Assembly (NCBI GenBank): GCA_023418925.1
Contig: JAEZYS010000009.1
Span: forward strand, 10,516 to 74,515
Direction of reading: 5' to 3'
DNA from: Bacillota bacterium
GTDB lineage: Bacteria; Bacillota; Clostridia; Oscillospirales; Ruminococcaceae
Length of the DNA stretch: 64,000 bases
Below the pieces are notes generated by a model. The model searched no databases. It was given only the letters and a program-made list of their open reading frames with translations, and had not been told where the DNA came from. Positions 20,808-30,915 of this stretch are shown in pieces. The position numbers were made by a program, and so were the translations under genes. Position 1 is the first letter of the stretch. Each line of letters opens with the position of its first letter.

Positions 20808-22088
20808 TCAGACAAGTCCCGACTTTGCCATTTCCACAAACTGCCTTGCTACTCTTCCAGAACGGCCGTTGCGTCTTAATGCAAATGCTTCAGCACGTCT
20901 TTGCATATCATCATCATATATGACATTATACTGCTCGCAAAGGAATTTTACGATTTTCAGGAAAAGCTCCTTGTCAGGCTTTACAAATGTAACCTTGAGT
21001 CCAAATCTTTCGGAAAGTGAAACAAGTTCCTCCCTGCTGTCCGCTGCATGGATTTCATCACCGTCACGGTCAGAAAATTTTTCTTTTACAAGGTGGCGTC
21101 TGTTGCTTGTCGCATAGATAACAACGTTTGAAGTCCTTGACGAAACAGAGCCTTCAAGAACAGCCTTCAATGCACCGAAATCATCGTCATCTGATGAAAA
21201 TGACAGGTCATCTATAAAAATGATGAATTTGAGAGGATTATGTGCAACCGCCTCAATAACAGCAGGCAGGTCATGGAGCTGTGATTTTTTCAGCTCAATG
21301 AGGCGTAAACCTTCATCCTTGTATTCATTGAGAACAGCCTTGACAGTTGAGGATTTACCTGTTCCTGCGTCGCCGTATATAAGGGCATTTGCAGCATTTT
21401 TCCCGTCAATGAGAGCAAGAGTATTGTCAACGATTTTCTTTCTTTCAAGCTCATATCCTTTAAGGCTTGCAAGTGTCTGAGGGTCAGGAGTTTTAACTGG
21501 AGTGATTGCGTTGTTCTTGTAGCAGAATGCATGATATTTTGCAAAAATTCCGTATCCTTTGGTCTGGAGTACAGACATTCTTTCAGCATAAACCGCCAGG
21601 AAGTTTATGTGCGATACACTCCATTCTGCAAGACTTCCGTAAAGGTTTGTAAACTGCATCATCTGCTGTGGTGTAATTCTTGCAATTTGCTGGAGTGCTG
21701 CAAGTTCATTATGCGCCGCCTTGTTTATTGTATCAGAAACTTCCTGCATCATTGCAAGAGAGAGCATATAGCAGTTTTCATCCTCAAGCACAATACTCAT
21801 CATATATTCAGTTAAATTGTCCGTATGTTTATAAAGCGCATGAACAAACTCGCCGTATGATTCAAGTGTCTTTTCCCTGAAAAGGGTTCTGAGTCTGCTT
21901 ATAACCTCATCTTTTAAAATACCTCTGAAAACTGAAAGACTTTCAAGCATACAGTAACAACTGTCTGTCATAACATAACTTCCTTTATCGATTAATAACA
22001 TTAATGCAGCCATCATAAAACTGCACAGATATATAATATTATAACAGTGAAGGTCAGTTTTTTCAACATAATTCTTTATAATATTCAC
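20808..22088 (-). CDS. AAA-family ATPase of the DUF815 type
   Basis: Walker A GDAGTGKSS and Walker B IIFIDDLSF in the arrangement typical of DUF815 ATP-binding proteins. N-terminal ~200 aa unassigned. Confidence 0.6.
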   Translation of the reverse strand: MNIIKNYVEKTDLHCYNIIYLCSFMMAALMLLIDKGSYVMTDSCYCMLESLSVFRGILKDEVISRLRTLFREKTLESYGEFVHALYKHTDNLTEYMMSIVLEDENCYMLSLAMMQEVSDTINKAAHNELAALQQIARITPQQMMQFTNLYGSLAEWSVSHINFLAVYAERMSVLQTKGYGIFAKYHAFCYKNNAITPVKTPDPQTLASLKGYELERKKIVDNTLALIDGKNAANALIYGDAGTGKSSTVKAVLNEYKDEGLRLIELKKSQLHDLPAVIEAVAHNPLKFIIFIDDLSFSSDDDDFGALKAVLEGSVSSRTSNVVIYATSNRRHLVKEKFSDRDGDEIHAADSREELVSLSERFGLKVTFVKPDKELFLKIVKFLCEQYNVIYDDDMQRRAEAFALRRNGRSGRVARQFVEMAKSGLV

Positions 22089-22298
22089 CTGAGGAATTGA
22101 TACAAGCTAGGCTTCATATAAGACATGTCCGCCATACAAATACAGTCGTATTTCACAAACGGACGGATTAAATAAGGATAAATTTGTTCTATCTACCGAT
22201 TGATTAAAGGTGAAATATATTTTATAATAATATATGTGTTAAGAGGACGTTTTTATTGCGTTTCTTCTGATTAAACTAGTTTTGAAAGGGTTATGGTT

Positions 22299-23624
22299 AT
22301 GAGTATTGTTAAGGTTGTCAAGTTTGGCGGAAGCTCCCTCGCTGACGCAAATCAGTTCAGAAAAGCGGCAGGAATTGTTCTTGCAGAAAAATCAAGACGT
22401 TTTGTCGTTGCATCTGCTCCGGGAAAAAGGTTTTCTGCGGATACCAAAATAACCGATATGCTTTATGCCTGCTATGAAAAAGCTGCTAAGGGTGAGAATT
22501 TCAGCGCAGATTTCGACGCTATTGAAGCACGTTATAATTCTATTATTTCAGAGTTGGGACTCGACCTTTCCCTTGAAAATGAATTTGCAAATATAAAAAA
22601 TGCGTTTGCTCACAGGGCAGGACGTGACTATGCTGCAAGCCGTGGTGAATACCTCAACAGCATTGTCTTTGCTAAATACCTCGGATATACTTTCCTTGAC
22701 CCTGCAACATGCATTTTCTTTAATGAAAAGGGTACTTTTGACCTTGATAAAACTCTTTCCGTTCTTTCCCCTAAACTTGAAAAGCTTGAAAACGCTGTTA
22801 TCCCTGGTTTCTACGGCTCAATGCCTAACGATACAATTAAGACATTTTCAAGAGGCGGCTCTGATGTAACAGGTTCAATCGTTGCAAGAGCAGCAAATGC
22901 AGATATATATGAAAACTGGACTGACGTAAGCGGATTCCTTATCTGCGACCCTAGAATAGTTGAAAATCCTGAACCAATCACAACAATTACCTACAGAGAA
23001 CTTCGTGAGCTTGCTTATATGGGTGCAACAGTTCTCCATGAGGACGCTATATTCCCTGTAAGAGCAGTAGGTATTCCTATAAACATAAAAAACACAAACC
23101 ATCCTGAAGATCCTGGAACAATGATTGTTGCTGATTCCTCTGATTTAAGCAAGTACACAATCACAGGAATTGCAGGCAAGAAGGGATTCTCTGTAATTAA
23201 CATTGAAAAGGATATGATGAACAGCGAACTTGGCTTTGGCAGAAATGTTCTTCGTGCTCTTGAAAAAAGTGATATTAACTTCGAGCATATGCCTTCAGGT
23301 ATTGACACAATGAGTGTTATTGTTTCAACAGACGCATTAAAGGATAAGCAGAAAGCCGTTATAGATGAAATCACTTACAGAGTTCACCCTGACAAGATTG
23401 AAATTGAAGATGACCTTGCACTTATCGCCGTTGTTGGCCGTGGCATGAGAATGGCAAGAGGAACTGCAGGAAGAATATTCTCTGCACTTGCTCATGCAAA
23501 GATCAACGTAAAAATGATTGACCAGGGTTCATCAGAGCTTAACATCATCATAGGTGTTTCAGAAGCTGATTTTGAAGCTGCAACAAAGGCAATCTATGAT
23601 ATGTTTGTGTTCACACAGAAGTAA
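22299..23624 (+). CDS. lysC: Aspartate kinase (monofunctional, C-terminal ACT domains)
   Basis: KFGGSSLADANQFRKAAGIV...VVASA matches the aspartokinase N-terminus. C-terminal tandem ACT-like repeats. RBS spacing favours the ATG at 22299. Confidence 0.9.
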   Translation: MSIVKVVKFGGSSLADANQFRKAAGIVLAEKSRRFVVASAPGKRFSADTKITDMLYACYEKAAKGENFSADFDAIEARYNSIISELGLDLSLENEFANIKNAFAHRAGRDYAASRGEYLNSIVFAKYLGYTFLDPATCIFFNEKGTFDLDKTLSVLSPKLEKLENAVIPGFYGSMPNDTIKTFSRGGSDVTGSIVARAANADIYENWTDVSGFLICDPRIVENPEPITTITYRELRELAYMGATVLHEDAIFPVRAVGIPINIKNTNHPEDPGTMIVADSSDLSKYTITGIAGKKGFSVINIEKDMMNSELGFGRNVLRALEKSDINFEHMPSGIDTMSVIVSTDALKDKQKAVIDEITYRVHPDKIEIEDDLALIAVVGRGMRMARGTAGRIFSALAHAKINVKMIDQGSSELNIIIGVSEADFEAATKAIYDMFVFTQK

Positions 23625-23732
23625 TATTGATGCTTGATATCAATTAAGCTTTGTATATACAGCTAGAAAATAACGTATTATTATGTTAAAAGCAATCAAC
23701 TTCTGTGTTAAAAAATAAGTTTGTTGTGTGAA

Positions 23733-23770
23733 AGGGGATGCCCTCTATCGCAGGGCATCCCCTCTTGTCG
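23733..23770. terminator. Strong hairpin after aspartate kinase
   Basis: GGGGATGCCCT-ctatcgc-AGGGCATCCCC: 11-bp stem. The T-run is better on the - strand, so it may also end a leftward transcript. Confidence 0.55.
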
Positions 23771-23956
23771 TTCCGACAATTCACCCCTAGCGGAGCTCTT
23801 CTCTGGCATAAGATTTCGCTGTCTGCGGACAGCGCCAAGGGACTTTGTCCCTTTGAACCCTACAACCTTGAAAGGTTGACGAACTTTTAATTTACTCTTT
23901 GAAAGACTACCCACCCTGTGTGGTATTGCCTTATATATTTGAAAGGACTTGTTAAT
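23771..23956 (+). promoter_or_regulatory. Structured leader upstream of NMT1/THI5-type ABC transporter operon (unclassified)
   Basis: Several stable local hairpins (GGGACTTTGTCCC; GCTGTCTGCGGACAGC; CCACCCTGTGTGG). CCCTTTGAACC resembles part of the TPP aptamer, but CUGAGA and the P4/P5 elements are absent. Confidence 0.3.
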
Positions 23957-25006
23957 TTGAAAAAAATTATCAGCGCAGCGCTTGGTATGATTATGTGCTT
24001 CACACTCTTCACAGCCTGCGGAAAATCATCACAGCCTGAAATCACAACAGCCGACGTAAACTTGCTTACAGATACAGAGTCTGAAACTGAAACTACTGCC
24101 GCAGAAAAAGTAACAATTTCTATTGGTTCACTCAAAGGCCCTACAACAATGGGCATGGTAAAGCTTATGGATGACAGCGACAAAGGACTTACTGACAACA
24201 CATACAACGTTGCTATTTATGGAACAGCTGACGAAATAGTTGCCGGTATTGCAATCGGAAAGATTGACGTTGCAAACGTTCCTGCAAACCTTTCTTCTGT
24301 TCTTTACAAGAAAACAGAGGGCGAAATTTCCGTTGCTGCTGTAAATACACTTGGCGTTCTCTACATGGTTGAAACGGGAGATACAATTAAATCCATAGCA
24401 GATTTAAAAGGAAAGACAATTTATTCAACCGGTAAAGGCACAACACCTGAATATGTTCTCAACTACATTCTTACAAAGAATGGGCTTACTCCCGGTAAAG
24501 ATGTAATCATTGAATACAAGTCTGAATCTACAGAAGTTGCTGCTATGCTTGGTGAAAGCGAAAATGCTATAGCACTTCTTCCTCAGCCTTATGTTACCGT
24601 TGCACAGTCAAAGAACGATAAAATCAAAATCTGCCTTGATATGACAGCTGAATGGAATAAAATCAACGATAATCAGCTTATCACAGGCGTTGTTATTGCA
24701 AGAAAAGATTTTATATCTGAAAATCCTGATGTTTTTGAGAAGTTCCTTACAGATTATGATGCTTCCGTTAAATATGTAAATGCAAATACAGACGAAGCTG
24801 CAAAGCTTGTCGGTGGATATGATATTGTCGGCGAGCCTGTTGCAAAGAAAGCTCTTCCACTCTGCAATATCACTTTTGTAAGAGATCAACAGATGAAACA
24901 ATACGTTGAAAGCTACCTTTCTGTATTATACGAACAGGATCCTACTTCCATAGGAGGAGCTCTGCCGGATGAAAAATTCTACTATATCCTTAAAAACGCA
25001 GAATAA
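23957..25006 (+). CDS. ABC transporter substrate-binding lipoprotein, NMT1/THI5-like (SsuA/TauA/ThiY family)
   Basis: Lipoprotein signal LKKIISAALGMIMCFTLFTACG (TTG start with AAAGGA RBS). Periplasmic-binding-protein type-2 fold of NMT1-type binders. Confidence 0.7.
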   Translation: MKKIISAALGMIMCFTLFTACGKSSQPEITTADVNLLTDTESETETTAAEKVTISIGSLKGPTTMGMVKLMDDSDKGLTDNTYNVAIYGTADEIVAGIAIGKIDVANVPANLSSVLYKKTEGEISVAAVNTLGVLYMVETGDTIKSIADLKGKTIYSTGKGTTPEYVLNYILTKNGLTPGKDVIIEYKSESTEVAAMLGESENAIALLPQPYVTVAQSKNDKIKICLDMTAEWNKINDNQLITGVVIARKDFISENPDVFEKFLTDYDASVKYVNANTDEAAKLVGGYDIVGEPVAKKALPLCNITFVRDQQMKQYVESYLSVLYEQDPTSIGGALPDEKFYYILKNAE

Positions 25007-25766
25007 TAAAAAGTCCAAAGCTGTACAGCATGCCGCCGCAGTCCTTTTCTGGATTGCGGTCTGGTATGTTGCCAGCATAAAAATTAATAAATCCGTCATA
25101 CTTGTATCACCGACGGAGGTTGTTGAGGCGCTGCTTTCTCTTGTCAGGAAAACAGCGTTTTGGTATACCATAGCAAATTCCTTTGCAAGTATTGCAGGAG
25201 GATTTCTTATTGCTGTAATAAGCGGAATTATCCTTGCCTGTGCGGCATCAGCATTGCCGTTCCTGCGGATACTTTTATCCCCGCTTACATCAGTTATGAA
25301 ATCAACGCCTGTTGCCTCCTTTGTAATCCTTGTTCTTTTATGGATTTCAAGCAGCAGACTTGCTATATTGATATCCTTTCTCATGGTTTTCCCTGTTATA
25401 TACACAAACCTGCTCAATGGTATAATGAACGTGGACAAGCGACTTGAAGAAATGGCTGAAGTGTTCCACATAAGCAGAATTAAAAGGATTCTGTATATTT
25501 ATCTGCCTGATGTAATGCCTTTCTTTGTATCAGCATGTACGGTATCTCTGGGGTTGTGCTGGAAAAGCGGAGTTGCCGCAGAAGTAATCGGACAGCCTGA
25601 AAACTCAATCGGCGAGAAGCTTTATAAATCAAAGCTTTATCTCGAAACTGCCGACCTCTTTGCATGGACAGTCGTAATAATACTTATAAGCTACCTGTTT
25701 GAAAAACTGTTTCTTTTTGCTTTGAACAAGCTGTGGAAAGCAATTGAAAGGAGCTGTTCAAAATGA
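24969..25766 (+). CDS. ABC transporter permease (SsuC/TauC-type)
   Basis: 6-TM protein with an EAA-like loop. Overlaps the upstream and downstream genes, operon-like. Confidence 0.75.
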   Translation: MKNSTISLKTQNNKKSKAVQHAAAVLFWIAVWYVASIKINKSVILVSPTEVVEALLSLVRKTAFWYTIANSFASIAGGFLIAVISGIILACAASALPFLRILLSPLTSVMKSTPVASFVILVLLWISSSRLAILISFLMVFPVIYTNLLNGIMNVDKRLEEMAEVFHISRIKRILYIYLPDVMPFFVSACTVSLGLCWKSGVAAEVIGQPENSIGEKLYKSKLYLETADLFAWTVVIILISYLFEKLFLFALNKLWKAIERSCSK

Positions 25767-26329
25767 TTGTAAACGGAATAAGTAAGAGTTTTGACGAAAA
25801 AAAGGTTCTTGACAACTTTTCAGCAGAGTTTGAAAAGGGCAAGGTATACTGCATAATGGGTAAGTCGGGATGCGGAAAAACAACGCTTTTTAATATAATC
25901 TGCGGGCTTGTCAAGGCAGACAGCGGAACCTGCTCAGATGTTGACAAAATAGGTGCTGTTTTTCAGGAGGACAGGCTTTGCGAAAGACTTTCAGCATATG
26001 CTAATGTAAGGCTTGTCTGCAAGAAAGGTGTATATCATGCAAGTATTGAAAATGCACTTTTGAAAGTAGGCCTGACCGATGAGGACATAAGACAGCCCGT
26101 TTCTGAATTAAGCGGAGGAATGAAACGACGTACTGCAATCATCAGGGCGGTTCTTTTCGAATGTGGTATTCTTATGATGGACGAACCATTCAAGGGCCTT
26201 GATTCCGCTACCCGTTACGATACAATAAAATATATCCTTGATAATGCAAACGGAAGAACGCTTATTGTAATAACCCATGATAAAACAGAAGCCGAACTGC
26301 TTGGCGGAGAATTAATTTGTATGGGGTAA
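25763..26329 (+). CDS. ABC transporter ATP-binding protein (short NBD)
   Basis: Walker A GKSGCGKTT, signature LSGGMKRR, Walker B ILMMDEPF, H-loop ITHD. Confidence 0.8.
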   Translation: MIVNGISKSFDEKKVLDNFSAEFEKGKVYCIMGKSGCGKTTLFNIICGLVKADSGTCSDVDKIGAVFQEDRLCERLSAYANVRLVCKKGVYHASIENALLKVGLTDEDIRQPVSELSGGMKRRTAIIRAVLFECGILMMDEPFKGLDSATRYDTIKYILDNANGRTLIVITHDKTEAELLGGELICMG

Positions 26330-26336
26330 AAGCATT

Positions 26337-26375
26337 TTTTAAGGGAGAGTGTGAATTCATACTCTCCTTTTTATT
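26337..26375 (+). terminator. Rho-independent terminator of the ABC operon
   Basis: GGAGAGTGTGAATTCATACTCTCC followed by TTTTTATT. Confidence 0.8.
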
Positions 26376-26531
26376 ATATTTTCAAGCCATGTTCGTCATT
26401 TACCCAGGATTGGAAATAATATTATCAAATGTCGAATTATATAATAAAAATACTGGACTTTTTTGAATTATTTTGTTATAATAGTTGAGAATATAGAAAA
26501 TTGCTACCTGAATTTACTGGGGGTATAATAG

Positions 26532-29500
26532 ATGGATTTTAATACACAACGACGTATTGTAAAAAATATTTCTAGCTTTGCAGAAAGACATAAGCTGCTG
26601 CTCCTCCCATGCCTTATTGCAACAGGACTTGTTGCGCTCTTTTTCAAAATAGGACGCTCCATAGATATATTACTTTCGGACAAGAATGGCAACTTCCTCG
26701 GCATTGAAAGAAAAGAACGGGAAATTAAGCCGCGGCCTGTAATTGCAAAGCGACCTTTTGCTACAAGATTGCTCTGTGGTGTTCTTGCAATTATATTTGT
26801 TGTGTCATTCACACCTGGTATTGATACTTTTGCCGCATGGGTAAAACCTACTGGGTCAGAATTTTACTATGATGACACCCAGACACCTGCTGCTCCGACT
26901 ATTGACCCGTTAACGGCAATTATAGGATACGGTGCTGTAAAAATATCATGGAACTCCATTGCAGGTGCGGATGGTTATGCTGTTTATGTAAACGGCTCCA
27001 CAACACCATATACTACTGTAACAACAACAAGCGCTATTGTCTACGGATTATCGGCTACTGCAAATTCAAGAATCTGTGTCAAGGCATATAAGCAAGTCAC
27101 ACTAATGAAAGAAGATCCTACTCACCCAGGCAATCCTGCCTTTTATCAGGCAACAACAGAGAAAACAACACTCTATTCACCTGCTTCAGCAGATTTTACA
27201 TGTACCGCAGGACAAATGATTCCTACATATCCTACAGTAAAAGTATCCAGACATGGTGAAAGACAAACAGATATCAAATGGTCACAGGTTGCCGGTGCAG
27301 AGGGTTATGTTATCTACAGGAAAAACAGTGACGCCACTTCATCCTCTTATTCATTTATAAAAAGCTTCACAATTGCCGAACTTTCTGCTCCTGATGCGGA
27401 CGGAAATATTAGTTATTTTAATCAGGATTATCTCAATTATGGTACAAAATATGACTATGCTGTTATAGCTTACAAGGATATATTCGGACTTCATGGAGGA
27501 GCCTATGTTCCTGCAAGCAGCAGAGATTACATACACAGCGCATCTGCTCCTGAAACCTGTGTTCCTGCTTCAGTTGATTATGTTGTAACAGATCCTGATA
27601 AGCCATCCAATTTTAAGGCTGTTGCTTCTGGTACAAGCATTAAATTAACATGGGCAAAGAACTCAAATGCTGATGGTTATTATATCTACAGGTCTGAAGC
27701 ACCTATAGAAGAGGCAAACCTTGGTACTTTAAAAGCAAATGCTTTGAACAACCGACTTGATTCTGTAGGAACAAGTACGCTTGCTTATGAGGATACTGGA
27801 GCTGACAACGGCAAAAAGTACTATTATTTTGTTTCCGCTTACAGAAGTGTAGACGGACGTTTCTTTGAAGGATTTGCCGCTACTGTTTCCACACAGCTTA
27901 ATACAGCAGTTTCAACTCCTGTCAATATAATTGCAACTTCAGGTGACGGAAAAGTTGATCTGAAATGGGACCCTTGCACAAATGCACAAGGCTACGAAAT
28001 TATCATTACAAAAAAGTCAAGCTATGATGGTAATAATGCAGGCCTGCCTTCAATTCTTCCTGCTATAGATAACGGAAACAAAACAACATATGCCCACAGT
28101 GGACTTTTTAACGGTGACGTTTATGAGTATCTTATAAAAGGATATACTATTATCAACAGCACAAAGATTTACAATGCTACTCCAGCCCAGCCTGTTACTG
28201 TTACAGTCGGAGTGAATCTTACAGTTCCTCAGGATGTTGCAGCTACTACTGGTGAAGGATATAACGAATTATCCTGGTCAACCGTCCCTGGAGCTACAAG
28301 TTACACATTATATGGAAATAAAGTGGGCGGCTCCCAGACTCTCGAAACAGTTGTTACCGGAAACAAGTTCAGACATACAGGTCTTACTGTAGGCGATGAA
28401 TGGACTTACTATGTAAAAGCAAGTAAAACTGTAAATAATGTGGCTGTATACAGCGGAAATTCACTTTCTGTTTCAGTAGTTGTAGGTATGTTCATTGACA
28501 CGCCTAAGGATCTTGCTGCCAGCACAAAGACAGAGGGGCAAATAACCGTTTCATGGACAGCTTCAGCAGGAGCACAGGGATATTACCTCTATGCATCCAA
28601 GGCCGGAACTGCTCCGACAAGACTTGATGTTACAAAGGTAACGTATAATCATACAGGCCTTCGAGTAGGCGAAAACTGGACATACTATGTTGTAGCATAT
28701 AAATATGTAAACGGACACCAGGTTCTAAGCACGCCTTCAATCAGTGTTTCTGCAACAGTTGGTGAAGGGCTTACAGCACCTAAGGATCTTACAGGCGTTT
28801 CAGGTGACGGACAAATCACTCTTACATGGTCAAAATCCTCTGACGCAGACGGCTTTGAGGTATTTACAACAGGCGGATACAACGGCTACTCACAGATTGC
28901 CGATGTTACAAAAACTTCCGCAACACATTACAATCTCACAAACAACATGTCTTATACTTATGTTGTAAGAGCATATAAGTGGGTAAACGGTGTAAAAACT
29001 TACAGCGATTATTCTTTCCCTGTTACAATCAGGGCTGGCGGAAGTGTTGCAGCTCCGACAGACGTATATGTAAAATCCGGTGACGGAGTGCTTACAATAT
29101 CATGGAGTAAGGTTACAGGTGCAGAAGGATATGTCTTATACATGAGAAACCTTGACACAGGTGCATATGAAGCTATAACTATTGTTTCAAAAACATCTTA
29201 TACCCATGAAAGACTTACAAACGGTAAAAAGTACACATACATGGTTGTGGCGTATAAAACCGTAAACGGCACAACGGAATATTCACCGAACTCAATGAGC
29301 GCAACGGGCGTTCCTAACGGAAAGAACGGCGGTGGCTCAGGTGCAGGCGGAAATTCACAGAATCTCGGTGAAGGCGGAGTTTACCTCGATGTTACAGGAA
29401 CAACACCTTACGGAATCTCGCATGGTGACTACATAACAGCAGAGGCAGTATATAGTGCTTTCAATGACCCTATTGAGGTTCATATAACTACAAACCCTGA

Positions 29501-30008
29501 ATCTACAGAAGCTGTCAAGGCTTGCCTAAGAGGATACGCAAACGGACTCAGCAGTTTCTACGTTTTCCCATTTGATATATCAGTTTACCTTGAAGGCACC
29601 CATAATGATGCTGAAATTAATCCGGGATATACTGTAACAATGACAGTTCCTGTTCCGGACAAGTGGATTCAGTTCAAAGACTACATCAATGTAGTTCACA
29701 TCTCTGATGAAGACTCACTTGAGGTTCTTCCTTCAACAGTTGTAAAAATCGACGACATCTGGTGCATGAAATTTGTCTGCACTGACTTCTCTCCTTATGC
29801 ATTTGTTATTTACAAAGACAGCATTGAAAACATCAGTTCCGGAAATTCCATTGCAGCTGACGGTACCCCTGCAGGCGCTGCAGACGTTCAGCAGGCTTCA
29901 GGCGGTTTTAATATGCCATTCATCATGCCTGACTCCAAGAAATCCGGTCAGACAGTCAAAAAAATCTATCGTGTAAAATGCGTTATAAGAAAATCAGTAA
30001 ACAGTTAA
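26532..30008 (+). CDS. Large cell-surface protein with ~9 fibronectin type III repeats and N-terminal signal-anchor
   Basis: N-terminal TM (LLLLPCLIATGLVALFF). Recurring ~90-aa units each carrying W-x-V/A-x-GA-x-GY-x-(I/L)-Y (for example KWSQVAGAEGYVIYR, LTWAKNSNADGYYIYRS, ISWSKVTGAEGYVLYMR), which are Fn3 hallmarks. Gly-rich linker and a C-terminal domain. Confidence 0.65.
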   Translation: MDFNTQRRIVKNISSFAERHKLLLLPCLIATGLVALFFKIGRSIDILLSDKNGNFLGIERKEREIKPRPVIAKRPFATRLLCGVLAIIFVVSFTPGIDTFAAWVKPTGSEFYYDDTQTPAAPTIDPLTAIIGYGAVKISWNSIAGADGYAVYVNGSTTPYTTVTTTSAIVYGLSATANSRICVKAYKQVTLMKEDPTHPGNPAFYQATTEKTTLYSPASADFTCTAGQMIPTYPTVKVSRHGERQTDIKWSQVAGAEGYVIYRKNSDATSSSYSFIKSFTIAELSAPDADGNISYFNQDYLNYGTKYDYAVIAYKDIFGLHGGAYVPASSRDYIHSASAPETCVPASVDYVVTDPDKPSNFKAVASGTSIKLTWAKNSNADGYYIYRSEAPIEEANLGTLKANALNNRLDSVGTSTLAYEDTGADNGKKYYYFVSAYRSVDGRFFEGFAATVSTQLNTAVSTPVNIIATSGDGKVDLKWDPCTNAQGYEIIITKKSSYDGNNAGLPSILPAIDNGNKTTYAHSGLFNGDVYEYLIKGYTIINSTKIYNATPAQPVTVTVGVNLTVPQDVAATTGEGYNELSWSTVPGATSYTLYGNKVGGSQTLETVVTGNKFRHTGLTVGDEWTYYVKASKTVNNVAVYSGNSLSVSVVVGMFIDTPKDLAASTKTEGQITVSWTASAGAQGYYLYASKAGTAPTRLDVTKVTYNHTGLRVGENWTYYVVAYKYVNGHQVLSTPSISVSATVGEGLTAPKDLTGVSGDGQITLTWSKSSDADGFEVFTTGGYNGYSQIADVTKTSATHYNLTNNMSYTYVVRAYKWVNGVKTYSDYSFPVTIRAGGSVAAPTDVYVKSGDGVLTISWSKVTGAEGYVLYMRNLDTGAYEAITIVSKTSYTHERLTNGKKYTYMVVAYKTVNGTTEYSPNSMSATGVPNGKNGGGSGAGGNSQNLGEGGVYLDVTGTTPYGISHGDYITAEAVYSAFNDPIEVHITTNPESTEAVKACLRGYANGLSSFYVFPFDISVYLEGTHNDAEINPGYTVTMTVPVPDKWIQFKDYINVVHISDEDSLEVLPSTVVKIDDIWCMKFVCTDFSPYAFVIYKDSIENISSGNSIAADGTPAGAADVQQASGGFNMPFIMPDSKKSGQTVKKIYRVKCVIRKSVNS

Positions 30009-30014
30009 ATTAAA

Positions 30015-30090
30015 TTCGCTGCATAGAACTATTTTGATACCCGATTAAAAAGTATAAGTAAATATATCTTTTGCTTATACTTTAATCGGG
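30015..30090 (+). terminator. Long-stem terminator after the Fn3 gene
   Basis: CCCGATTAAAAAGTATAAG...CTTATACTTTAATCGGGG: ~18-bp imperfect stem followed by TCATTATTTT. Confidence 0.6.
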
Positions 30091-30365
30091 GTCATTATTT
30101 TGCGGTGAATTTTTATTTTTATTAAAAAAATAATTCAATATTACGTTGATTACTAATAGTGTATTTAAAAATGGTTAAAATACATAGTAAACGTAGTGTT
30201 GTCCAATATAAAACTGTGACATTATACAAAAGTAAAATTTGATTGCAACAAAACGCTATGTTTTTTGCACTTATTATATAACAGGTCTTTAATAAGTAAG
30301 GATTTTGTGGTATAATGTCATTATCAATCTGTTCGGAAATGAGCGGATACGAGGTGATACATTAT

Positions 30366-30896
30366 ATGAATTTAAATTTCGCCGAGTGCGTTAATCGTGC
30401 CAGGCAGGGGGATGCAGATGCATTCGCAGATCTGTATTCTCTGGTATATAAAGATTTGTACCACATAGCCCTTCTTAACCTGAAAAACCAGCACGACGCT
30501 TCCGATGTGGTTAGTGACACTGTGCTTGAGGCGTATTCTTCCATAAAAAAATTAAGAGATGAAAATGCTTTCAAAAGCTGGATAGTTAAAATCCTTACTG
30601 TAAAGATAAAAAACAAACAGAGGGAATATATAAAGAACAATAACTACCAGAAAGAGCTTGATATTCTCGACAGTGTAGAACATGAGAAAAACGATGAGAT
30701 CAATTATAGCGGAATGGAAATAATGGAAGAATTCAAAAGGCTCAGTAAGGAAGAAAGACTGGTTCTGTCATTAAGTGTTGTTTCGGGGTACAGAAGCGAA
30801 GAGATCGCCGGAATGCTCGGTACTAATTCAAATACTGTGCGTTCTAAGGTGGCAAGAGCTAAAATCAAACTGAAACAGTTACTTACGCAAAAATAG
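30366..30896 (+). CDS. ECF-type RNA polymerase sigma-70 factor
   Basis: Region-2-like DLYSLVYKDLYHIALLNLKNQHDASDVVSDT and region-4 HTH (EEIAGMLGTNSNTVRSKVARAKIKLKQLL). TATAAT -10 at 30312 and GAGGTGA RBS suggest the ATG at 30366. Confidence 0.8.
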   Translation: MNLNFAECVNRARQGDADAFADLYSLVYKDLYHIALLNLKNQHDASDVVSDTVLEAYSSIKKLRDENAFKSWIVKILTVKIKNKQREYIKNNNYQKELDILDSVEHEKNDEINYSGMEIMEEFKRLSKEERLVLSLSVVSGYRSEEIAGMLGTNSNTVRSKVARAKIKLKQLLTQK

Positions 30897-30915
30897 TTGA
30901 AAGGAGGTTGGAATT

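Noticed and set aside
22089-22298. Lysine (L-box) riboswitch upstream of aspartate kinase
   Set aside because: Upstream region is AT-rich without the GAGGCGC / CCGAAGGGG L-box hallmarks.
23708-23914. 68-aa ORF on the minus strand between aspartate kinase and the ABC operon
   Set aside because: It lies entirely within a highly structured GC-rich leader/terminator region. It has an odd Arg/Ser/Gly-rich composition and no RBS. It was treated as non-coding.
23771-23956. Canonical TPP riboswitch call for the NMT1/THI5 ABC transporter leader
   Set aside because: Searched by eye for CUGAGA, ACCUGAUCUGG-UAAU-CCAGCG and AGGGAA core elements on both strands. Only a partial CCCTTTGAACC match was found, which is insufficient.
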